This document shows positions 34,640 to 46,852 of a stretch of 64,000 bases of DNA, in pieces. The translations under genes were made by a program, and so were the position numbers. The stretch comes from Squalus acanthias (Eukaryota). Under the pieces are notes generated by a model, which worked only from the letters and a program-made list of their open reading frames with translations, made no database searches and was not told the origin of the DNA. The stretch spans positions 372,001 through 436,000 of the forward strand of contig JASTWF010000064.1 in NCBI GenBank assembly GCA_030390025.1, given 5' to 3'. Each line of letters starts with the position of its first letter. Positions within the stretch are counted from its first letter, which is position 1.

Positions 34640-36275
34640 GATGATGTCACTGACGGGCAGTGTGTTTCAGTGCTGTGACAGGGGCAGGAACCTGATTGGA
34701 GGGATTCAAACATGGAGTTTCAGGGAAGATGGGAATGGGTTTGAGAGGTAACAACACACTCAAGGACTTTGGAGAGGAAAGGGAGGTTGGAGATGGGTGG
34801 TAGTTTTCGAGGACAGAGGGGTCAAGAGTGTATTTTTTGAAAGGGGTGATGACGGCAGATTTGAAGGGGAGGGGGACAGTGCCTGAGGAAAGGGAACTGT
34901 TAACAATATCAGCTAACATGGGAGCCAGGAAGGGAAGTTAGGTGGTTGGTGGGAATAGGGTCGAGGGAGCAGGAGGCGGGTCTCATGGACAAGCTGCGCT
35001 CGGAGAGGGAGCAGGAGGCGGGTCTCATGGACAAGCTGAGCTCGGAGAGGGAGCAGGAGGCGGGTCTCATGGACAAGCCGCACTCGGAGAGGGAGCAGGA
35101 GGCAGGTCTCATGGACAAGCCGCACTCGGAGAGGGAGCAGGAGGTGGGTCTGATGGACAAGCTGAGCTCGGAGAGGGAGCAGGAGGCGGGTCTGATGGAC
35201 AAGCCGCACTCGGAGAGGGAGCAGGAGGTGGGTCTGATGGACAAGCTGAGCTCGGAGAGGGAGCAGGAGGCGGGTCTGATGGACAAGCTGCTCTCGGAGA
35301 GGGAGCAGGAGGCGGGTCTCATGGACAAGCTGCGCTCGGAGAGGGAGCAGGAGGCGGGTCTGATGGACAAGCTGCACTCGGAGAGGGAGCAGGAGGCGGG
35401 TCTGATGACAAGCCGCGCTCGGAGAGGGAGCAGGAGGCGGGTCTCATGGACAAGCTGCACTCGGAGAGGGAGCAGGAGGGGAGACAGAAGAGGAACTGGA
35501 GAAAGATGCGAGTTCAAGGCTCGGGCAGGGGGAGCCTTAGGGGAAGCGTGGCCCGGTGGGCTAGGGGGAGGGGGGAAGCAGCAGAGGCAGCTGAATGGAT
35601 GGTCTCGATCTTAGCGACAAAGACGTCCATGAGCTCCTCACACTTTTTGTTGGAGATGAGGGTGGAGGGGGCAGGGGAGAGGGGTTTAAGAAGATAGCTT
35701 GCAGTGGAGAAAGAAGCCGAGGGTTATCTTTACATTCCAGGATGAGCAGTTTTGGCTGAGTTGAGCAGGACACGATAGTGCTTAATGTGGTCCAGCCTGA
35801 TCTGGCGACGAATGGTTAAATCATTGTCGACCATAAATGTTCCAAGTCTGCGTTCCATTGGACTTAAGGGAGTGAAGATGACGAACATACCAGAGGGACT
35901 GACCAGGGTGAGAGAGACTAATGGTTTTAATGGGGACAAGGGCATCAAAGGTGGAGGTGAGGGTGTGATTGAGCAGATCGGTAGCTGCAGAAATGTCATG
36001 GTGAATGGAGGGCCAAAGGCTGGACAGTTGGGATGTTGAAAGTGCCGTTGTAAATGATTTGGGAGAGTTTTACCGGGGCGGACACAGAAGTGGGGTTGGG
36101 AGGGGGAAGGGGGATGTGAGTGGAGGGGGATACAAGGAAGTGATCAGAGATGGCCTTATCAGTGATTGACACGATGGGAGTAGCGAGGCCACGAGAGATG
36201 GCAGTGAATATGGGTAGGTGAGTTTATATGAAGGGAGAGTTTAAGGAAGGATAGGAGGACAGTGAACTCAGAGGA
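34640..36275 (-). mobile_element. Degenerate L2 LINE ORF2 fragment
   Basis: SCSLDPIPT, IVNSSLSSGTVP, KSAVITP, LDPSVLENY motifs. Confidence 0.75.
34963..35478. repeat. 42-bp minisatellite (~12 copies) expanded from L2 ORF2 sequence
   Basis: GAGGGAGCAGGAGGCGGGTCTCATGGACAAGCTGCGCTCGGA units, continuous with L2 LSMRPASCSLDP. Confidence 0.88.
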
Positions 36276-36514
36276 GATAAGAACATAAGAACATAAGAAA
36301 TAGGAGCAGGAGTAGGCCAATCGGCCCCTCGAGCCTGCTCCGCCATTCAATAAGATCATGGCTGATCTGATCCTAACCGCCAATCTACTATCTATCACAG
36401 AACCATCTCCTGCATCTAACAGAATTGCACACACGAAATAGGAGCAGAATCAGGCTACACGGTCCCTGGGCCCGCTCCACTACCCACAGGGCCATGACCG
36501 ATCCGAACCTAGAC

Positions 36515-39457
36515 TCATGTCCAAATTCCTGCCCGCTCCCCGTAACCCTTAATGCCCTTTACTTCTAGGAAATTGTCTATTTCTGTTTTAAATTTATTTA
36601 ATGATGTAGCTTCTACAGCTTTTTGTGGCAGCATATTCCATGGACCTACCACCCTCTGAGTGAAGTAGTTCCTCCTCATCTCAGTTTTGAAAGAGCAGCC
36701 CCTTATTCTAAGACTATGTCCCCTAGTTCTAGTCTCACCCGTCATCGGGAACATCCTCCCCGCATCCACCCGATCCAACCCCTTCACAATCTTATATGTT
36801 TCAATAAGATCGCCTCTCATTCTTCTGAACTCCAATGAGTAGAGTCCCAATCTACCCAACCTCTCCTCATATGACCACCCCCTCATCCCCGGGATTAACC
36901 GAGTGAACCTTTTTTGCACTGCCTCGAGAGCAAGGATGTCTTTCCTTAAGTAAGGACACCAAAACTGTATGCAGTATTCCAGGTGCGGTCTCACCAATAC
37001 CTTGTACAACTGAAGCAATACCTCCCTATTTTTATATTCTATCCCCCTAGCAATGAAAGCCAACATTCCATTTGCCTTCTTAATCACTTGCTGCACCTGC
37101 ATACTAACCTTTTGAGTTTCGTGCACCAAGACCCCCAGATCCCTTTGCACTTCGGTACTCTCCAGTTTCTTGCCATTAAGATAATAAATTGCTCTAGGAT
37201 TTTTCCTGCTAAAGTGCATCACCTCACACTTTCCAGTGTTGTATTCCATCTGCCAAATCTCTGCCCACTTACTTAGCCTGTCTATGTCCCCTTGCAGGTT
37301 TTTTATGTCCTCCTCACTCACTACTTTCCCTCCCATCTTTGTATCATCTGCAAATTTTGATATGTTACACTTGGTCCCTTCCTCCAAATCGTTAATATAG
37401 ATTGTAAAGAGTTGGGGACCCAGCACTGACCCCTGTGGAACACCACTAGTTACTGATTGCCAGTCTGAGAATGAACCATTTATCCCAACTCTTTGCTTTC
37501 TGTTAGATAGCCAATCCTCTATCCATGCCAGAATATTACCCCCAATCCCGTGATTTTTTACCTTAAGCAATAATCTTTTGTGTGGCACCTTGTCAAATGC
37601 CTTTTGGAAGTCTAAATACACTACGTCCACTGGTTCCCCTTTATCCACTCTATATGTTACTTCCTCAAAGAACTCCAGCAAATTTGTCAAACATGACTTC
37701 CCCTTCGTAAAACCATGCTGACTTTGTCCTATTAAATTATGATTATCCAAATGTCCTGCTACTGTTTCCTTAATAATGGACTCCAAAATTTTACCTACCA
37801 CAGATGTTAGGCTATAGTTACCAGCCTTCTGTCTACTGCCCTTTTTAAATAAGGGTGTTACATTAGCAGTTTTCCAGTCTGCCGGGACCTTAGCGGAATC
37901 CAGGGAGTTTTGAAAAATTATTACCAATGCATCTACAATCCCTACCGCCACTTCCTTCAAGACTCTAGGATGTAAGCCATCAGGTCCAGGTGATTTATCC
38001 GACTTGAGTCCCATTATTTTACCAAGTACCACTTCCTTAGTGATTTTGATCGTGTTTAGCTCCTCTCCCCCTATAGCCCCCTGTTTGTCCAGTGTTGGGA
38101 TATTCTTAGTGTCCTCTACTGTAAAGACTGATACAAAATATTCATTCAGTGTTTTTGCCATCTCCATATTTCCCACCATTAATTTCCCGGTCTCATCCTC
38201 TAAGGGACCAACATTTACTTTAGCCACCCTTTTACTTTTTGTCTAACTATAAAAACTCTTACTATCTGTTTTTATATTTTTTGCTAATTTACTTTCATAA
38301 TCTATCTTCCCTTTCTTAATCAATCTTTTTGGTATCTTTTGCTGCCTTTTAAAGTTTTCCCAATCCTCTGTCCTCCCACTAGATTTCGCTACCTTATATG
38401 CCCTTGTTTTTAGTCGAATACTATCCTTAATTTCTTTACTTAGCCACGGATGACTGTCCTTTCTTTTACACCCTTTTCTTTTCAGTGGAATATATTTTTT
38501 TTGGAAGTTGTAAAATAACTCCTTGAATGTACACCACTGATCATGTGTCATCTTACCCTTTAATCTATTTTCCCAATCCACTCTACTCAATTCCGCTCGC
38601 ATACCTTCATAGTCTCCTTTATTCAAGCTTAGCACGCTTGTTTGAGATCCAACCTTCTCACCCTCTAATTGAATATGGAATTCAACCATGTTATGGTCAC
38701 TCATTCCAAGGGGATCCTTTACTAGGAAATTTTTAATTAATCCTGTCTCGTTACACAGGACCAGATCTAAGGTTGCTTGCCCCCTGGTCGGTTCAGTTAC
38801 ATACTGCTCAAGAAACCCATCCCTAATACACTCAATGAACTCATCCTCAAGGCAGCCCTGCCCCATTTGATTTGTCCAATTAATATGATTGTTAAAATCC
38901 CCCATAATTATAGATGTTCCCTTATTACACGCCTCAACTATTTCCTGATTGATACTCCGTCCAACAGAGTTGCAACTGTTCGGAGGCCTATAGACTACAC
39001 CCACTAGTGTTTTTTTCCCCTTATTATTCCTTATCTCCACCCAAACTGTTTCATTATCATGATTTTTTGACCCAATATCATTACTCTGTATTACAGTGAT
39101 TCCTTCCTTTATTAACATAGCCACCCCACCTCCCCTTCCTTCCTGCCTGTCCTTCCTGATCGTTAAATAACCTGGTATGTTTAATTCCCAGGCATTGTTA
39201 CCCTGCAGCCATGTTTCTGTAATGGCCACAATATCATAACCATATGTAGTTATTTGTGCCATTAACTCGTCTATTTCGTTACGAATGCTACGTGCATTCA
39301 GATAGAGAACTTTCAAATATGCTTTGTGGCACTTAGTTCCTGCTTTTTCACTTTTTACCACTTTACCTTTTACTCCACACACTCTGTCCCTTCCTGCCAC
39401 GCTCTGATTTGTGATTCCCCTACTGCTACCTATGTCTATGACCCTCTCTGTTGTCAT
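36515..39457 (-). pseudogene. CR1 ORF2p (APE endonuclease + reverse transcriptase) with a single in-frame TAG at 38243-38245
   Basis: YLNARS, ITETW, YRPP, GDFN, SDH; QGSVLGP, FADD; both ORF halves in the same frame; GNYSLTS lacks RPV. Confidence 0.92.
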
Positions 39458-39495
39458 TTTTATTTTTTGCTCTCTTGAAAACTCCCCCCCACTAA

Positions 39496-40452
39496 TTAGT
39501 TTAAAGCCCTCTCCACAGCCCTAGTTATTCGATTCGCCAGGACACTAGTCCCAGCACTGGCCAAGTGAAGTCCGTCCCAACGGAACAGCTCTCTCCTGCC
39601 CCAGTACTGGTGCCAGTGTCCCAAGAAGCAAAACCCATTTTTCCCACACCAGTCTTTGAGCCACGCATTCAACTCCCTGATTTTATTTACCCTAGCCAAA
39701 TTTGCTCGTGGCTCAGGTAGTAATCCAGAGATTATTACCCTCGAGGTTCTGCTTTTTAATTTGGCCTCTAGCTGCTCAAACTCCCTCAGCAGAACCTCTT
39801 TCCTTGTCCTATCTATGTCATTGGTACCAACATGGACCACGACAACTGGATCCTCCCCCTCCCACTCCAAGTTTCTCTCCAGCCCAGAGGAGATGTCCTT
39901 AACCCTGGCACCGGGCAGGCAACACAGCCTTCGGGACTCTCGCTCTTGGCTGCAAAGAACCCTATCTATCCCCCTAATGATACTATCCCCTACCACTACA
40001 ACATTTCTTTTTACTCCCCCGACTTGAATGGCCCCCCTTACCACGGTGCTGTGGCCAGGTTGCTCATCCTCCCTGCAGTCCCCGCTCCTATCCACACAGG
40101 GAGTAAGAGCCTCGAACCTGTTGGACAAGAGCAAGGGCTGCGGCTCCTCCAACACTACCTCCTGGATCCCTGTACCTGCCTCACTCGTAGTCACACCTTC
40201 CTGTCCCTGACCACGGGCTACTTCTGAATTAGTTACTCCAATTGGTGTGACTACCTCCTGAAACACGGAGTCCAGGTAACTCTCCCCCTCCCTGATGTGT
40301 CGCAGTGTTTGAAGCTCGGACTCCAGCTCATCAACACGGAGCTGGAGTTCCTCGAGCAGCCAACACTTACTGCAAATGTGTTCACCGTGAACATCAATGG
40401 TGTCCACCAGCTCCCACATATTGCAGCAGTAACACATCACCTGCTCTCCCAT
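39496..40452 (-). CDS. CR1 ORF1p (zinc finger/leucine zipper + SGNH esterase), 318 aa
   Basis: CxxC...HxCxxC, VVVGDSII, VHVGTND, DGLH. Confidence 0.9.
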   Translation of the reverse strand: MGEQVMCYCCNMWELVDTIDVHGEHICSKCWLLEELQLRVDELESELQTLRHIREGESYLDSVFQEVVTPIGVTNSEVARGQGQEGVTTSEAGTGIQEVVLEEPQPLLLSNRFEALTPCVDRSGDCREDEQPGHSTVVRGAIQVGGVKRNVVVVGDSIIRGIDRVLCSQERESRRLCCLPGARVKDISSGLERNLEWEGEDPVVVVHVGTNDIDRTRKEVLLREFEQLEAKLKSRTSRVIISGLLPEPRANLARVNKIRELNAWLKDWCGKNGFCFLGHWHQYWGRRELFRWDGLHLASAGTSVLANRITRAVERALN

Positions 40453-40696
40453 TCTATGTAATTAATTAAAAATGTATTATTTTCCCTTCAGTGACTCCCT
40501 CTGTGTAGTCTCTGTAAGTACAGACTCTCTCTGTGACTCCTCCGGTGGTGTCTCTGTAAGTACAGACCCAATTTGTGAATCCCTCTGTGGAGTATCTGTA
40601 AGTACAGACTCTCTCTGTGACTCCTCCAGTGTTGTCTCTGTAAGTACAGACCCACTCTGTGACACCCCCTGTGGAGACTCTTTAGCAACAGACTCA

Positions 40697-41240
40697 TAAT
40701 GTGTGCAGTTCTGGTTGCCACACTATAGGAAGGATGTGATTGCATTGGAGAGGGTGCAGAGGAGATTCACCAGGATGTTACCTGGGCTGGAGCGCTTCAG
40801 CTATGATGGGAGACTGGACAGGCTGGGGTTGTTTTCCTTAGGGCAGAGAAGGCTGAGGGGGGACCTGATTGAGGTGTACAAAACTATGAGGGGCATAGAT
40901 AGGGTAGATAGAAAGGAACATTTCCCCTTAGTAGAAGGGTCAATAACAAGGGGGCATAGTTTCAAGGTAAGGGGCAGGAGGTTTAGAGGGGATTTGAGGA
41001 AAAACTTTTTCACCCAGAGGGTGGTTGGAATCTGGAACTCACTGCCTGAAATGGTGGTAGAGGCAGGAACCCTCACAACATTCAAGAAGCATTTAGATGA
41101 GCACCTGAAACGCTATAGCATACAAGGATATGGACCAAGTGCTGGAAAAAGGGATTAGAACAGACAGGGCTTGATGGCCGGCGCGGACACGATGGGCCGA
41201 AGGGCCTCTTTCTGTGCTGTATAACTCTTTGACTCTATGA
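40697..41240 (+). mobile_element. CR1 3' fragment inserted in the 42-bp satellite
   Basis: QFWLPHYRKDVIALERVQRRFTRM; (TGACTCTA) tail. Confidence 0.85.
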
Positions 41241-42850
41241 CTATGACTCCCCCTGTGGATGGTCTGTAAGTACAGACACACTCTGTGAATCCCCCTGTGG
41301 GGTCTCTGTAATACAGCCCCACTCTGTGCCTTCCTCTGTGGTGTCTCTAAGTACAGACCCACTCTGTGACATCCTCTGTGGAGACATTGTAAGTACAGAC
41401 CCACTCTGTTACCCCCTCTGTGGAGACACTGTAAGTACAGACCCAATCATTTACTCACCCTGTGGTGTCTCTGTAAGTACAGACCCACTCTGTGACTCCG
41501 CCTCTGAAGTCTCTGTCAGTACAGACCCACTCCGTGACTCCGCCTTTGAAGTCTCTGTGAGTACAGACCCACTCTGTGACTTCCCCTGTGGAGTCTCTGT
41601 CAGTACACACCCACTCTGTGACTCCCCCTGTGGAGTCTCTGTACTTACAGACACATTCTGTGACACCCTCTGTGGTGTCTCTGGAAGTAGAGGCCCACGC
41701 AGTGACTCCCCCTGTGGTGTCTCGGTAAGTATAGGCCAACTCTGTGACACCCACTGTGGTGTCTCTGTCAGTACAGACACATTCTATGACTCCCTCTGTG
41801 GAGTCTCTGTAATACAGACCCACTCTGCGACTGCCTCTCTGGTATCTCTGTACGTACAGACCCACTCTGTGACTCCCCCTGTGGTGTCTCTGTAAGTACA
41901 AACCCACACTGTGACTCCCTCAGTGGTGACTCTGTAAGTGCAGACGCACTCTGTGACTCCTTCTGTGGTGTCTCTGTAAGTACAGACACATTCTGTGACT
42001 CCCCCTGCACAGTATCTGTAAGTACAGACCGACTCTGTGACTTCCCCTGTGGAGTCTCTGTATGTACAGTCCAACTCTGTGACTCACCTGTGGAGTATTG
42101 GTAAGTACAGGCCCATTCTGTGACTCCTCCTGTGGAGTCTCTGTATGTACAGACCCACTCTGTGCCTCCTCCTGTGGTGTCTCTTAAAGTACAGACCCAC
42201 TCAGTGACGCCCCATGTGGTGTCTCTGTAAGTACAGGCCCACTCTTTGACTCACCCTCTGGTGTGTCTGTCAGTACAGACCCACTCTGTGACTCCCCCTG
42301 TGGAGTATTGGTAAGTACAGACCCACTCTGTGACACCCTCTGTGTAGTCTCTGTAATACAGCCCCACTCTGCGACTGCCTCTCTGGTATCTCTGTATGTA
42401 CAGACCCACTCTGTAACTCGCACTGTGGAGTCCCGGTAAGTACAGACCCACTCTGTGACTCCCTCTGCAGAGTCTCTGTAAGTACAGACCCAATCTGTGA
42501 CTCCCCCTGTGGATAGTCTCTATGTACAGACCAACTCTGTGACTCCTTCTGTGGTGACTCTGTGTACAGACCCACTCTGTGACTCACCTGTGGATAGCCT
42601 GTAAGTACAGACCCACTCTGTGACTCACCTGTGGAGTATTGGTAATTACAGACCAACTCTGTGACTCCCCCTGTGGAGTCGCTGTAATACAGACCCACTC
42701 TGTGACTCCCCCTGTGGAGTCGCTGTAATACAGACCCACTCTGTGAATCCCCCTGTGGAGTCTCTGTAAGTACAGACCCACTCTCTGACTCGCTCTGTGG
42801 TGTCTCTGTAAGTACAGACCCACTCTGTGACTCCCACTGTGGTGTCTCTG

Positions 42851-43470
42851 GTAAACATAGAAGATAGGAGCAGCAGTAGGCCATTCGGCCGTTCGAGCCT
42901 GTTCTGCCATTTAATGAGATCATGGCTGATCATCCAAATTCAGTACCCTGTCCCTGTTTCTCCCCCTATCCCTTGATCCATTTTGCATTAATAAATATAT
43001 CTAACTCCTTCTTGAATAAATTTAATGAATTGGCCTCAACTGCCTTGTGTGGTAGAGAATTCCACAGGTTCACCACTCTCTGGGTGAAGAAATTCCTCCT
43101 CATCTCTGATTTAAATGGCTTACCCCTTATCCTTAGACTGTGACCCCTGGTTCTGGCTTCCCCCGCGATCGGGAAGATCCTTCCTGCATCTAGTCTGTCT
43201 AGTCCTGTTAGAATTTTATAAGTTTCAATAAGATCCACTCTCATTCTTCTAAACTCGAGCGAATATAACCCTAATCGACCCAATCTCTCCTCATAATTCA
43301 TTCCTGCCATCCCAGGTATCAGTCTAGTGAATCTTCGCTGCATTCGCTACATGGCAAGAATACCCTTACTCAGATAAGGTGACCAAAACTGCATACAGTA
43401 CTCAAGGTGTGGTCTCAACAAGGCCCTGTACAAATGCAGCAAATCATCCTTGCTCCTGTACTTGAATTAC
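42851..43470 (-). mobile_element. ~620-bp CR1 3' fragment (first of 16 tandemly amplified copies)
   Basis: QRRFTRLIPGM...RNFFTQRVVNLWNSLP; same breakpoints in all copies. Confidence 0.92.
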
Positions 43471-46390
43471 ATACCTCTCTGTGACTCACTCTGTGGTGTC
43501 TCTGTAATACAGACCAACTCTGCGACTGCCTCTCTGGTATCTCTGTACGTACAGACCCACTCTGTGACTCCCCCTGTGGTGTCTCTGTAAGTACAGACCC
43601 ACTCTATTACTCCCCCGGTGGAGTCTCTTTAATTACAGACACATTCTGTGACACCCTCTGTGGTGTCTCTGTAAATAGAGGCCCACGCAGTGACTCCCCC
43701 TGTGGTGTCTCGGTAAGTATAGGCCAACTCTGTGACACCCACTGTGGTGTCTCTGTCAGTACAGACACATTCTATGACTCCCTCTGTGGAGTCTCTGTAC
43801 GTACAGACCCACTCTGTGACTCCCCCTGTGGTGTCTCTGTAAGTACAAACCCACACTGTGACTCCCTCAGTGGTGACTCTGTAAGTGCAGACGCACTCTG
43901 TGACTCCTTCTGTGGTGTCTCTGAAAGTACAGACACATTCTGTGACTCCCCCTGCACAGTATCTGTAGGTACAGACCGACTCTGTGACTTCCCCTGTGGA
44001 GTCTCTGTATGTACAGTCCAACTCTGTGACTCACCTGTGGAGTATTGGTAAGTACAGACCCATTCTGTGACTCCTCCTGTGGTGTCTCTGTAAGTACAGA
44101 CCCATTCAGTGACGCCCCATGTGGTGTCTCTGTAAATACAGGCCCACTCTTTGACTCACCCTCTGGTGTGTCTGTCAGTACAGACCCACTCTGTGACTCC
44201 CCTGTGGAGTCTCGGTAATACAGACCCACTCTGTGATGCCCCATGTGGTGTCTCTGTCAGTACAGACCCAGTCTTTGACTCACCCTCTGGTGTGTCTGTC
44301 AGTACAGACACACTCTGTGACTCCTTCTGTGGTGTCTCTGTAAGTACAGACCCACTCTGTGACTCCCCTGTGGAGTCTCTGTAACTACAGACCCACTCTG
44401 TGACTCCCCCTGTGGTGTCTCGGTAAGTACAGACACACTCTGTGACACCCACTGTGGTGTCTCTGGTAAACATAGAAGATAGGAGCAGGAGTAGGCCATT
44501 TGGCCCTTCGAGCCTGTTCTGCCATTTAATGAGATCATGGCTGATCATCCAAATTCAGTACCCTGTCCCTGTTTCTCCCAATATCCATTGATCCATTTAG
44601 CCTTAATAAATATATCTAACTCCTTCTTGAATATATTTAATGAATTTGCCTCAACTGCCTTGTGTGGTTCCGAATTCCACAGGTTCACCACTCTCTGGGT
44701 GAAGAAATTCCTCCTCCTCTCTGATTTAAATGGCTTACCCCTTATCTTTAGACTGTGACCCCTGGTTCTGGACTCCCCCGCGATCGGGAAGATCATTCCT
44801 GCATCTATTCTGTCTAGTCCTGTTAGTATTTAATAAGTTTCAGTAAGATCCCCTCTCATTCTTCTAAACTCGAGCGAATATAAGCCTAATCGACCCAATC
44901 TCTCCTCATACTTCATTCCTGCCATCCCAGGTATCAGTCTGGTGAACCTTCGCTGCACTCTCTCCATGGCAAGAACACCCTTACTCAGATAAGGTGACCA
45001 AAACTGCACACAGTACACAAGGTGTGGTTTCAACAAGGCCCTGTACAAATGCAGCAAAACATCCTTGCTCCTGTACTCGAATTACATACCTCTTTGTGAC
45101 TCACTCTGTGGTGTCTCTGTAAGTACAGACCCACTCTGCGACTCCCTCTCTGGTATCTCTGTACGTACAGACCCACTCTGTAACTCGCACTGTGGAGTCT
45201 CTGGATATACAAACCCACACTGTGACTCCCTAAGTGGTGACTCGGTAAGTACAGATCCACTCTGTGACTCCATCTGTGGAGTCTCGGTAATTACAGACAG
45301 ACTCTGTGACTCCCCCTGTGGAGTCTCTGTAATTACAGACCCACTCTATGACTCCCCCTGTGGTGTCTCTGTAATTACAGACCCACTCTGTGACCTTCCC
45401 TGTGGTGTCTCGGTAAGTACAGACACACTCTGTGACACCCACTGTGGTGTCTCTGTAAGTACAGACCCACTCTGTGACTCCCCTGTGGAGTCTCTGTAAC
45501 TACAGACCCACTCTGTGACTCCCCCTGTGGTGTCTCGGTAAGTACAGACACACTCTGTGACACCCACTGTGGTGTCTCTGGTAAACATAGAAGATAGGAG
45601 CAGGAGTAGGCCATTTGGCCCTTCGAGCCTGTTCTGCCATTTAATGAGATCATGGCTGATCATCCAAATTCAGTACCCTGTCCCTGTTTCTCCCAATATC
45701 CATTGATCCATTTAGCCTTAATAAATATATCTAACTCCTTCTTGAATATATTTAATGAATTTGCCTCAACTGCCTTGTGTGGTTCCGAATTCCACAGGTT
45801 CACCACTCTCTGGGTGAAGAAATTCCTCCTCCTCTCTGATTTAAATGGCTTACCCCTTATCTTTAGACTGTGACCCCTGGTTCTGGACTCCCCCGCGATC
45901 GGGAAGATCATTCCTGCATCTATTCTGTCTAGTCCTGTTAGTATTTAATAAGTTTCAGTAAGATCCCCTCTCATTCTTCTAAACTCGAGCGAATATAACC
46001 CTAATCGACCCAATCTCTCCTCATACTTCATTCCTGCCATCCCAGGTATCAGTCTGGTGAACCTTCGCTGCACTCTCTCCATGGCAAGAACACCCTTACT
46101 CAGATAAGGTGACCAAAACTGCACACAGTACACAAGGTGTGGTTTCAACAAGGCCCTGTACAAATGCAGCAATACATCCTTGCTCCTGTACTCGAATTAC
46201 TTACCTCTCTGTGACTCCCTAAGTGGTGACTCTGTTAGTACAGACCCACTCTGTGACTCCCCCTGTGGACTCTGTGTAATTACAGTCTCACTCTGTGACT
46301 CCCCCTGTGAAGTAACTGTAAGTGCAAGCCCGCTCTGTGACTCCCCCTGAATGTCACTGTAAGTACAGACCCACTCTGTGTCTCCCCCTG

Positions 46391-46852
46391 CGGATATGCG
46401 GGTAAGCGTTCTCCAAGGCGGCCTTCGAAATACACGACAGCGCAAAATCATAGAGCAGAAACTGATAGCCAAGTTCCGCACTCATGAGGAGGGCCTCAAT
46501 CGCGATATCGGGTTCATGTCACGATACAGAACGTGACTTGACATCATGGCCGGTCTTCCCAGGTGTTTTTTTTTTAAAAAGGCTAACACAAGAACCTACA
46601 CAGATTGACAGGATATGCAGCCAGCAGGTGGTTTGACACTTTGGACCCCCTGGGACACATCTCATTGTCTTGGCTATGCTCTTTGATGTGGGAAAAATTT
46701 GAATATATTTTGTCTGTGCTTTAAATTGTGAATTCTGGGAGATTCTCTCACTGCTAAACTTACCTGACGAAGGAGCGAACTGCTCCGAAAGCTTGTAAAA
46801 TTAAATAAATCTGTTGGACTATAACCTGGTGTTGTGCGACTTCTCATTTTTG
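46391..46852 (+). mobile_element. Penelope-like element 3' fragment inserted in the satellite
   Basis: Encodes LQGGLRNTRQRKIIEQKLIAKFRTHEEGLNRDIG (GIY-YIG C-terminus); pLTR with hammerhead and AATAAA; possible TSD TCCCCCTG. Confidence 0.8.
46760..46798 (+). ncRNA. Minimal type I hammerhead ribozyme
   Basis: TTAC-CTGACGA-A-GGAGC-GAACT-GCTCC-GAAA-GC-TT-GTAA: stem I TTAC/GTAA, stem II GGAGC/GCTCC, palindromic AAGCTT. Confidence 0.8.

Larger units (their letters stand above)
36277..40470 (-). mobile_element. Near full-length young CR1 LINE
   Basis: ORF1 + ORF2 + 3' UTR with (TTCTTATG)n tail; 5' UTR short, abutting satellite. Confidence 0.95.
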
